Source of the DNA: Lentisphaeria bacterium
GTDB taxonomy: Bacteria; Verrucomicrobiota; Lentisphaeria; Oligosphaerales; Oligosphaeraceae
Direction: 5' to 3'
NCBI GenBank assembly: GCA_028706165.1
Contig: JAQWBY010000001.1
Location: 1 to 46,509 of the forward strand
Length of the DNA: 46,509 nucleotides
The translations under genes and the position numbers were made by a program. The notes under the pieces were generated by a model. The model had not been told where the DNA came from, did no database searches, and saw nothing but the letters and a program-made list of their open reading frames with translations. Below, piece after piece: positions 1 through 7,970 of the stretch; positions within the stretch are counted from its first letter, which is position 1; the number at the start of each line of letters is the position of its first letter.

Positions 1-1412
1 CGCCGCCGGAGCCTGAGGCGACGGCGCCGCGGCCGAAAATTGTCGAACTCGACTTCAAGGATTTACCGCCGGAGCGTCAGGCCCGGCCGTCTGATTTGTC
101 GCCGAAGCTGGATCGGTTGGACGTGACTGATCTGAAGTTGCCCAGTTTGTTGCCGCACGGTCCTTTGACCAGCAGCCAAGGCGGGGAGTACAGTGTTGCG
201 GCGCGGCAGGGCAATGTACCCAAATTCCGGGTGCCGACTTTGGGCGAGGCCGATGTGGCCATTCCAGAGGGCACAGGCAGCCAGCTGGATCAGCCGGTGC
301 CATTCTTGGCGACGACCTCGCCCATGCAGACCGAGCGGTTTTTGCCGGGCGATCTTGAAAATGGCTTGATTGAGTTGTCCCAGCCCTTTGATGCCTTTGT
401 CAATGTCGACGTGTTGGTGCACAACGACGCGCTGCGTGGTGGTGGCTATTTCAAGATATCGATCACGCCGAAACTGGAGAGTGATTCCCTACGGGACATT
501 CCCAAGGACACGCTGTTGATCATTGACCATTCGCTGAGTATCAGCAACGACAAGTTCAAGCAGTTTCAGTCGGCGGTAATTGAGGCGCTGGCGTATTTGA
601 ATCCCAAGGACCGATTCAATGTCGTGGCCTTCAATGACCGTCCTCAGCCGCTCTTTGAGTCTTTCGCGCCGGCGCTAGCGCAGCCGGTGCAGGAAGGCCA
701 GCAGTTTGTGCGCAAATTGCGTCGCGGCGGCATGACCGACGTGTTTGGCAGCATTGCGCCGTTTGTGCAGGCCAGTAATGGCGAGATGAGCCGACCGCTG
801 AACATCTTTCTTCTTTCCGATGGCCAGTCGACGGTGAACATCTATCAAGCCGACGACTTTTTGCGGCGGATGGTGGGGATCAATCCGGGCAATGTGTCCA
901 TCTATCCCTTCAGCGTGGGCAGCGAGGCCAACCGCGAACTGCTGGATTTTCTTGGCTACCTGAATCGCGGCTACAATTATCACGTGGCCGAGCTGGCGAA
1001 TTTTCGTGCGCAACTGGTTGATTACATTGCGACGCATTCGAGTTTGATCATCAACGACTTGAAGTACATGGCGGCCGGCGATGTCGGCAAGGAGCTGTAT
1101 CCCAAGGCGATACCGCATTTGTACCGGCGCGAGACCCTGTTGATTTTCGGTCGTTTCGGGCCGTTGGATGACGAGCTGGTGCTGACGCTGTCGGGACGCG
1201 ACGCATCTGGCGCCAGGCGCGATTTGGTATTCCGTCGTCGCTATCGGGACTGCCTGCCTGCGGGGCCGGAGCTGCCTCAGCAGTGGGCTGGGCAGAAGAT
1301 CCTGCATCTATTGGCCGAGCGCACGCTAATCGTTGAGCCGCAGGCCCGCGTGCAGTTGCAACGCGAGATTCGGCGGGTGGCGGCGGAGCACAATGTCTTC
1401 GTCCCTTATTGA
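1..1412 (+). CDS. VWA (von Willebrand factor A) domain protein, 5'-truncated by the window edge
   Basis: The frame is open from position 3 to TGA at 1410-1412. It has the MIDAS motif IDHSLS (DxSxS), DRFNVVAFN, GGMTD and FLLSDG, resembling the VWA region of VIT/VWA proteins. Confidence 0.85.
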   Translation, partial: PPEPEATAPRPKIVELDFKDLPPERQARPSDLSPKLDRLDVTDLKLPSLLPHGPLTSSQGGEYSVAARQGNVPKFRVPTLGEADVAIPEGTGSQLDQPVPFLATTSPMQTERFLPGDLENGLIELSQPFDAFVNVDVLVHNDALRGGGYFKISITPKLESDSLRDIPKDTLLIIDHSLSISNDKFKQFQSAVIEALAYLNPKDRFNVVAFNDRPQPLFESFAPALAQPVQEGQQFVRKLRRGGMTDVFGSIAPFVQASNGEMSRPLNIFLLSDGQSTVNIYQADDFLRRMVGINPGNVSIYPFSVGSEANRELLDFLGYLNRGYNYHVAELANFRAQLVDYIATHSSLIINDLKYMAAGDVGKELYPKAIPHLYRRETLLIFGRFGPLDDELVLTLSGRDASGARRDLVFRRRYRDCLPAGPELPQQWAGQKILHLLAERTLIVEPQARVQLQREIRRVAAEHNVFVPY

Positions 1413-1517
1413 TGCGGGCCGATGACGATAATAGTCCTGTAGAAAATGAATCCGGGCGCGGCCCGGTGCTAATGACAATGCATTCTATTGGTGGCAAGTA
1501 ACGACATAAGGCAAGCA

Positions 1518-2135
1518 ATGGCGAAAAGACCTGTTCTGGTGGCGATGGACCTCGAGGGCGTTCTGGTTCCGGAGGTGTGGATTTCAGTGGCGGAAAAAAC
1601 GGGCATACCCGAATTGCGGCTGACGACCCGCGACATATCGGATTACGACCAGCTCATGAAGCATCGCCTGAGCATTTTGCATGAGCACCGCCTGAGCCTG
1701 CGAGACATCCAGGACGTGATCGACACCATGGAGCCCCTGCCGGGCGCCCTGGAGTACATGGACTGGCTGCGGGAGCGCTACCAGAACGTCATTCTCTCTG
1801 ATACTTTCTACGAATTTGCCTCGCCGTTCATGCGCAAACTCGGTTGGCCGACCCTCTTCTGCAATTCACTGCAGGTTGCTGGCGACGGCCAAGTGGTAGG
1901 CTATCGTATGCGCCTGCAGGATGGCAAGCGGCACGCGACCCTTGGCTTCAAACAGCTCAACTTCGACGTCGTCGCTATGGGCGATTCCTATAACGACACG
2001 GCCATGCTGGCCGAAGCCGATCTGGGCATTCTGTTCCGGCCGTCGGACAATGTCCGCCGCGAATTTCCCCAGTTTCCGGTGGCGATGGAGTACCGGACGG
2101 TCATTGACCTCATCCAGGAATTTGCTGCTCGCTAA
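1518..2135 (+). CDS. thrH: Phosphoserine phosphatase / homoserine phosphotransferase (HAD family)
   Basis: Signature DLEGVLVPEVWI..AEKTGI.ELR.TTRDI.DYD.LM, plus ILSDTFYEF and GDSYNDT.ML. ATG at 1518 was chosen as start. Confidence 0.93.
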   Translation: MAKRPVLVAMDLEGVLVPEVWISVAEKTGIPELRLTTRDISDYDQLMKHRLSILHEHRLSLRDIQDVIDTMEPLPGALEYMDWLRERYQNVILSDTFYEFASPFMRKLGWPTLFCNSLQVAGDGQVVGYRMRLQDGKRHATLGFKQLNFDVVAMGDSYNDTAMLAEADLGILFRPSDNVRREFPQFPVAMEYRTVIDLIQEFAAR

Positions 2136-2161
2136 ACGCAGGTGGTGGCTATAAACGCATG

Positions 2162-2195
2162 GACTGGCGGCGGTATATCCGGCGCCAGTCTCTTT
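2162..2195 (+). terminator. Probable intrinsic terminator between convergent thrH and alr
   Basis: Stem GACTGGCG...CGCCAGTC followed by TCTTT, 27 bp after the thrH stop. Confidence 0.5.
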
Positions 2196-2230
2196 GCGTA
2201 CATAGTGGCTCGGCCAACGCTTTTGGTTGC

Positions 2231-3337
2231 TCAGTTTTGGTAATGGCGTTGGCCGGCGGCGGCGGCGGCGGTGCCGATGCCGCAGTAGACGACGTGGGCG
2301 ATGGTGTGGGCTTTGTCGCAGAGTTCCCAGACAGTGATTTCCTGGTTGCCCTGTTTGCCGAGGAGAACGGCTTCGTCGCCGACCTGTGCGTCCGGCAGAT
2401 CGGTGAGATCGACCATGACCATGCCCATGCAGACAGTGCCGAGAATGGGCACGCGGTGGCCGCGCACCAGCGCTTCGCCGCGGTTGGAGAGCTCGCGCAG
2501 GTAGCCGTCGGCATAGCCCACGGGCAGGACGCCGACCAGCGAGGGACGCTTGAGAGTGCAGATGCAGTTGTAGGAGACATTTGCGCCAGCCGGGAGGGGC
2601 TTGCAGGAGATGATGCGGCTGCGCAGGGACATCGCTGGCCGGAGGTCCAGCTGTAGGCCGGGGAATTCTGGTGCGCCGTAAACGCAGATGCCGGGACGGA
2701 TGTAGGGCAGTTCTGGCAAGTAGCGGTGGAGGATCGCCCGCGAGGCGCAGAGGTGATTTTCGCAACAACTGTCCGGCAGAACGGGCAACAGCGTGCGGAA
2801 GCAATCGAGCTGCTGGCGGGTTACGGGGTGCTCCGGGCTGTCAGCGTTGGCCAGATGGGAGAAGATACCGCGGATGTGTAAGCCCGGTAGGGCGGTGAGC
2901 TCCCGCACGGCGTCGGTCACTGTTTCCGGCAGAATACCCAGCCGGCCCATGCCGGTATCGACCTTGACGTGGATATCGAAGTGTCGCTTGCGGGCGGTGG
3001 CGATCTGTGAGAGCATCCGGGCGTTGGCGAGGTCCGGGCAGGCGATGCGGAAGCCGGCGTCGTTGGCCTCTTCGGCTTCTTCCGGTAGGAGGCCCATCAT
3101 GATCCACAGATCCTGGGTGATACCGGCCCGGCGCAGGGTCAGCGCTTCTTCCAGGCGGAATACGGCGAACTGCCGGGCGCCGGCGTCGGCGAAGGCCCTG
3201 GCGACTTCAACAATGCCGTGGCCGTAGCCGTCGGATTTGATCACGGGCACGAGTTGGCTGGGCTCAGCCAACGACGCAATGGCGCGAAAATTCTGCCGCA
3301 GGGCGCTGCGGTCGATGATGACTTCGGTGGGGTACAT
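2231..3337 (-). CDS. alr: Alanine racemase (PLP-dependent)
   Basis: PVIKSDGYGHG PLP-lysine motif, HVKVDTGMGRLG, FSHLANAD, IRPGI, PVGYADGY and GTVCM. ATG at 3337. Confidence 0.92.
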   Translation of the reverse strand: MYPTEVIIDRSALRQNFRAIASLAEPSQLVPVIKSDGYGHGIVEVARAFADAGARQFAVFRLEEALTLRRAGITQDLWIMMGLLPEEAEEANDAGFRIACPDLANARMLSQIATARKRHFDIHVKVDTGMGRLGILPETVTDAVRELTALPGLHIRGIFSHLANADSPEHPVTRQQLDCFRTLLPVLPDSCCENHLCASRAILHRYLPELPYIRPGICVYGAPEFPGLQLDLRPAMSLRSRIISCKPLPAGANVSYNCICTLKRPSLVGVLPVGYADGYLRELSNRGEALVRGHRVPILGTVCMGMVMVDLTDLPDAQVGDEAVLLGKQGNQEITVWELCDKAHTIAHVVYCGIGTAAAAAGQRHYQN

Positions 3338-3426
3338 GGAAGCAGATCGATTCGAGTTTGGGTTGTTGTTGGTTGCTGGGGGGGGCAACAGCCGTGAAAG
3401 CCGCCGCGTGAGCGGCGTGGCCAAGT

Positions 3427-4464
3427 TCAGCAGAGTGCCAGGGGCGGGATGAGTTTTTCGGCGCCATAGCGGACGCAGTCGGTGGTTGGCAGTTGTGTTT
3501 CGTCTTCAGTACGGGCGATGGCGTCTTTTGCCTGTTCTTCGTTGAGCAGGGAGGTATTGAGGGTGATGCCGCCGACTTTTGCGGGTACGAGGGTGCCGCA
3601 GGCCGACGCGATGGCTTCGTAAAGCGCCGCCAGCTCTTTGAGCGGCGGTATCTTCAGCCACGGGAAGTCCCGCAGGGTAAGCATGTCAGCGCGGTGATTG
3701 AGGATGAGGTGTGTCGGGCAGGACCCGCGCAGCAGCGGCAGGGTCGCGGTGCTGCCGGGATGGAGGATGGAGCCCTGGCCTTCGACAACGATGAGATCGG
3801 CGTCGGCCAGTTCCATCACGCCTTGCTCGATGGCGCCGCAGGCGTAGTCGAGCTTGATGGCGTCCAGGGGTACACCGCGGCCGCTGATGACGATGCCGAT
3901 CTGGCCGGTGGCCAGAAACTCGGTCTTGACGCCGTGGCGTCGTGCGGCTTCGGCGATGAGCAGGCCGCTGGTCATTTTGCCGTTGGCCATGTCGCTGCCG
4001 ACGATGAGCAGGCGTTTGTTGGTGAGTTCGCGGGCGCGGCCTTTGCCGACACCGATATTGGCGGGTTCCTGGCGGATGTCCCATATCCATTGGCCGGGCG
4101 CGAGGCTGTGGTAGCGGTCATTGAGACGCTGGTGCAGGCCGTTGATAATGCAGAGTCCCAGGGCGATGGCCTGGTCCAGGGCGGGCAGCCACGCGTCGGG
4201 TAGGCGACCGCCGGAAGGCGCGCTGCCCAGTAGCAGCGCCTTGGCGCCCAAGGCTGCCGCGTCCGCGACGCTGGCGACGATCGGGCAGTCTGGCCGCGGG
4301 GTTGCGGGCATGACCTCGCCGGCGCGCTTGCCGGCCTGGGTGCTGTCCACGATGCTGACGACGGGATTGGCGGAGAATCTCAGAACGCCGTAGCCCATCT
4401 TGCCAAAGGGTTTACCGAAAGTGTCTTCCATGAAAATGGCCAAGGGGGTGTCCGGCGTCAGCAT
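3427..4464 (-). CDS. DUF1611-domain P-loop protein (DgcN-like)
   Basis: GSDMANGKMT, ATGQIGI, VEGQGSILHP and LLRGSCP are typical DUF1611 motifs. ATG at 4464 with AGAGG upstream. Confidence 0.85.
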   Translation of the reverse strand: MLTPDTPLAIFMEDTFGKPFGKMGYGVLRFSANPVVSIVDSTQAGKRAGEVMPATPRPDCPIVASVADAAALGAKALLLGSAPSGGRLPDAWLPALDQAIALGLCIINGLHQRLNDRYHSLAPGQWIWDIRQEPANIGVGKGRARELTNKRLLIVGSDMANGKMTSGLLIAEAARRHGVKTEFLATGQIGIVISGRGVPLDAIKLDYACGAIEQGVMELADADLIVVEGQGSILHPGSTATLPLLRGSCPTHLILNHRADMLTLRDFPWLKIPPLKELAALYEAIASACGTLVPAKVGGITLNTSLLNEEQAKDAIARTEDETQLPTTDCVRYGAEKLIPPLALC

Positions 4465-4695
4465 GGGTGGAATAACCTCTGTGGTTAGGCGTGGACAAGG
4501 CGTGTCGGGAGGTGACAAACAAGCGGCGAAAAAGATACTGCCTGCGCCCCGAAAAACAATGGTCCAAGCCCCCAAAAAAGGGGGCGAGGGTAATCGGTCA
4601 CCCATTGATAATGGCCGGCCTCAGGGGACGCCAGGGACCGGCCAATATCAATCGCTGGCCGATTACGGCTCCTCGGTGCTTTGTATTTTCCCCAC

Positions 4696-4723
4696 TTGAC
4701 AATATACCTTCATATCGCATATT
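4696..4723 (+). promoter_or_regulatory. Putative sigma70 promoter
   Basis: TTGACA at 4696-4701, a 16-bp spacer, then CATATT at 4718-4723, upstream of a strong RBS at 4781. Confidence 0.45.
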
Positions 4724-4798
4724 CATGCCCCTTATGCCAAAGGGCGGCTTCCAGTTCCTGTCCAAATTCATCGCAGGACCAAAGGAAGGAAAATGACC

Positions 4799-4921
4799 AT
4801 GAAACATCTGGCAATTCATGGTGACAAGCCCAACGATTGGCTGAAAACAATAAAAACGGATGATTGCTCCTTCGGCAAGGCTTTTATGGAGCGTCCGTGG
4901 AATAGCTTGCAAGCAAAATAA
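4799..4921 (+). pseudogene. 5' remnant of a DegT-family aminotransferase gene (40-codon ORF; only about the first 11 codons are homologous)
   Basis: MKHLAIHGDKP versus MKQLAINGGTP of the intact gene starting at 23050. RBS and 5' DNA align at about 46 of 56 positions. Confidence 0.6.
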
Positions 4922-4954
4922 AAAAAGTCGCATTTGACACCAGAGGACAGATTT

Positions 4955-5980
4955 ATGGGACACAACGGAAAACACATTCTTCTCATCGGCGGCACCGGTT
5001 CCATGGGCACGTATTTGACACCACTGCTGCTGGAACGGGGATTTCTTGTTGATGTCGTAGCGCTCAATGCGCCGGAGATGGAACATCCGAATTTGCGTGG
5101 TATAAAAGCGGATGCAAAGGACTTGGAAACACTCAAACGTCTGCTTGCAAACAGATACGATGGCATCATAGATTTTCTGGACTATCCGTCTGACTATCGA
5201 ATGCGGTATCGGCTGTTCCTCGAAAATACCAAACACTATATCTACCTTTCCAGTTACCGCGTATACGCAGGGACTGTTCCGCTGACCAATGAAAATTCGC
5301 CGCGCTTTGTTGATCTTCCCGGTTATGACGAACTCTACAACCCCGATGATTATAATATTTACAAGGCACGAAATGAGGATTTGCTCCGCGCTTCCGGATT
5401 CGACAACTGGACGATTGTGCGTCCGTCCATCGTCTTCTCAAAATTCAGTTTGCCTCTCGTTTCTCTCGGGGCCTACGCCATCTGGAATCGGGCGCAGGAA
5501 GGCAAGTCAACGCTGATTCCGGACTGTGCGGTGGCAACGCCCTGTTCCTGCACCTGGTCTGGAAATATTGCAAAAATGTTTGCCGGAATTCTCTTCAATC
5601 CTGCTGCCTTCCGAGAGGCTTTTACGTTCACGACCGATGAAAACCTCCCGTGGCAAGCGTGGGTGGAATTCTATCGCGAACGGATCGGACTGCAGACTTG
5701 GACCGTTGATACGGAAACATTTTTCAATCTCTACTGGAATCACAGCAGATGGGCAGTCAACCAGGTAAAATATGACCGTCTGCTCAACCGCTCCATGGAT
5801 AATTCAAAAATTCGGAAGGTTGCCGGCCTTGCGAAATCAGACCTACTGCCGCTTCAGGAAGCACTCGGCAGCGAGCTGGCTAAACTCTCTCCGTCCTATC
5901 GCTTCCCTGGCGGCGAAGCGGTCAATGCGGCAATCGACCGTTATCTCGCGGACGGCGGGAGAATTCTGCGTAAACTCTGA
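4955..5980 (+). CDS. NAD-dependent epimerase/dehydratase (atypical/extended SDR)
   Basis: ILLIGGTGSMG Rossmann motif, YIYLSSYRVY, YNIYK (YxxxK) and WTIVRPS. Visibly lower GC than the flanks. Confidence 0.85.
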   Translation: MGHNGKHILLIGGTGSMGTYLTPLLLERGFLVDVVALNAPEMEHPNLRGIKADAKDLETLKRLLANRYDGIIDFLDYPSDYRMRYRLFLENTKHYIYLSSYRVYAGTVPLTNENSPRFVDLPGYDELYNPDDYNIYKARNEDLLRASGFDNWTIVRPSIVFSKFSLPLVSLGAYAIWNRAQEGKSTLIPDCAVATPCSCTWSGNIAKMFAGILFNPAAFREAFTFTTDENLPWQAWVEFYRERIGLQTWTVDTETFFNLYWNHSRWAVNQVKYDRLLNRSMDNSKIRKVAGLAKSDLLPLQEALGSELAKLSPSYRFPGGEAVNAAIDRYLADGGRILRKL

Positions 5981-5997
5981 AACAGCGAGAAACGGTC

Positions 5998-6987
5998 ATG
6001 ACAAAACTTCGTGTCATTCAAATCGGAACCGGTCCAATGGTTCATTCAGCGCATGCGGTCACCGCATTGCGGGGACTTGACGAAATCTATCATCTGGAAG
6101 CCATCGTGGAGGAGGATTCAGAACGCCGGGATTTTATCCGCAATACCCCACCCTATGCCGGGCTTCCGTTCATCAGTTGGGAGGAGGCTCAGCGTCGCAA
6201 TCCGGATGCCTTCATTATTGAGACTGATGAACATCGACTGGTTGAAAATGCAATTCGCTCGCTCGAAGCGGGTTATCATACCTACATGGACAAACCGGGC
6301 AGTGAAGATGCGGCACAGTTTCATCGCATGTGCAGGATCGCGGAGAAGAACCGCCGCGTTCTAACCCTTGGATATATGTTCCGCGGAAATCCTGCCGTTC
6401 AATATGCGCTGGAACTGAAGAAACAAGGAAAACTCGGGCGCATTTTCAGTGTGGAAGGACAGATGAGTTGCCCCGGAGGCCCCGGCTACCGCCGCACGCT
6501 CCCCCGCTTCAAAGGCGGAATGATGTACTATCTCGGATGTCACCTGATCGACATGGTTGTTCACTTCTGTGGATTTCCGGATGAAGTCATGCCGATGAAT
6601 ACCTGTACCGGAATAGATGAAGATTGTATTGATTACGGTTTTTGTGTATTTCGTTACAAGAATGGCCTTTCCTTTGTCAAAACGTGTGCTGCGGAAGTGA
6701 ATGGAAATGCGCGCCGTTCCATCATCATTTCCGGAACGCAGGGAAGTTTTGAGATTCAGCCAATTGAACTGCCGCGGAAAGATGGCTGGGATGACACCAT
6801 TGCACGGGAAACCATCGGCATCCAGGCCGGATTCGACAACAGCCATCCGGTCTCGTTTCCGCCGCATCGCCGCTATGACTGGCTTTTCCAGAATTTTGCA
6901 AAATACATTCGCGGGGAAGCAGTCAATCCTTATTCCGGCGAATATGAGGCGAAATTGCATGATTTGATTCTTCAGGCATGCCGCTGA
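5998..6987 (+). CDS. Gfo/Idh/MocA-family oxidoreductase
   Basis: N-terminal Rossmann fold, HTYMDKPG (E/DKP motif), GYMFR and GGMMYYLGCHLID. Confidence 0.88.
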   Translation: MTKLRVIQIGTGPMVHSAHAVTALRGLDEIYHLEAIVEEDSERRDFIRNTPPYAGLPFISWEEAQRRNPDAFIIETDEHRLVENAIRSLEAGYHTYMDKPGSEDAAQFHRMCRIAEKNRRVLTLGYMFRGNPAVQYALELKKQGKLGRIFSVEGQMSCPGGPGYRRTLPRFKGGMMYYLGCHLIDMVVHFCGFPDEVMPMNTCTGIDEDCIDYGFCVFRYKNGLSFVKTCAAEVNGNARRSIIISGTQGSFEIQPIELPRKDGWDDTIARETIGIQAGFDNSHPVSFPPHRRYDWLFQNFAKYIRGEAVNPYSGEYEAKLHDLILQACR

Positions 6988-6994
6988 AAAATAA

Positions 6995-7037
6995 CTGATT
7001 TGGCTCCAGTCGGCGAAGCTGACTGGGGCCAAATCAG
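6995..7037 (+). repeat. REP-like palindrome family A (core CCAGTCGGC-GAA-GCTGACTGG), copy 1; may also act as a terminator
   Basis: 20-bp stem with 2 G:T pairs and a GAA loop. Related copies at 20185-20229 (inverted) and 27534-27566. Confidence 0.8.
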
Positions 7038-7339
7038 AAAGTGCTTCTGGATACGCTGGCACTCAGACGCCGGTCGAAGAAAGGCGTTGATGGCACTCGG
7101 AGTAACGGGAAAGATGCTACAATGGGCAAAAATTTCACGAGGTGCCTGGTGCATAGCGAAATCACCGCTGATGCATACGGCGCTGAGCAACAAAACCATG
7201 GACAAATACGGTCTCATTGTGCCTTTGAGCGTGTAACCGGTCATAAAAGAACCGGTGCTGATTTACTGCCGGATGCGGAAAACCGCATGTCCGGTGGTGT
7301 GGAAGGGCGCGGGGCGCAATCCCCGTTGCCCCATCCGAT
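7038..7339 (+). mobile_element. 5'-truncated group II intron remnant (IIC-like): maturase C-terminus plus RNA domains V and VI
   Basis: The frame ending at TAA 7236 reads IRKCFWIRWH..GRRKALMALG..SRGAWCIAKSPLMHTALSNK...YGL, like the C-terminus of an intron-encoded RT/maturase. 7265-7298 folds as DV (ACTGCCGGA-TGCGG-AAAA-CCGCA-TG-TCCGGTGGT). A DVI hairpin follows, with a bulged A at 7333 and a 3' end ...CCGAT at 7339. Confidence 0.85.
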
Positions 7340-7855
7340 CGAAGACTGGGGGTAATGGCGCGAGCATGTCTCGCAGACCATCGCCACCTTCCACGACCGC
7401 GTACACGTATGGGAAATCTGGAATGAGCCCGACATCGGCCAGTTCTGGAGAGGCTGCGCCGCCGACTACGTCCAACTCCTGCGTGTCGCCTACCAGGCCG
7501 CCAAAGATGCCGATCCCGTACGCCTGGTCATGAGCGCCGGCCTCGACGGCATGGGGGAGAGCTTCTTCACCCGCATGCTTGCCCTCGGCGGCGCCGCCGC
7601 CTTGCCGACGAACGCCTGGCCCTGACCGTAAGCGGCAGCGCCGCCGCCTGGCTTGATCCCTACCCCGAAAGCGTCACCATGCCGGCTGGCCAACGCGGCT
7701 GGGGCGGCCTGCGCGCACGCGTGCCAGCCGACACGCCAACGGGCACCTACACGCTCGACATGCTTATTCAGTCCGAGACTTTCCCCGAGGTCTGCGCCGA
7801 ATGGCACGGCAGCTACTCCGTCATGAACCCCAACAACGCCACAGCCAAACACTAG
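7340..7855 (+). pseudogene. Broken clan GH-A (GH39-like) glycoside hydrolase remnant
   Basis: Reads EDWG*(TAA 7353-7355)WREHVSQTIATFHDRVHVWEIWNEPDIGQFW..DYVQLLRVAYQAAKDADP. After about 7600 a different frame gives an Ig-like tail (VPADTPTGTYTL) ending at TAG 7853-7855. Confidence 0.78.
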
Positions 7856-7970
7856 GCCATCTTTCTCACTTTTGGCCTTTTTTGAGGCTGAACAGGCACA
7901 ACAAACTTATCACATCCCCCGGGTGCGCGCGGGTGAGTTGGGCCAACTCCCCGGGTCAGCACGTCGCCGC

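Noticed and set aside
7000-7339. Active group II intron, retron or DGR
   Set aside because: No RT core (no YADD-type motif) and no room for domains I-IV. Only about 300 bp of the 3' end remains.
7353-7355. Programmed readthrough or recoding of the in-frame stop in the GH remnant
   Set aside because: The stop is TAA, the gene also lacks its 5' part and has a frameshifted deletion, and neighbouring genes use all three stops normally.
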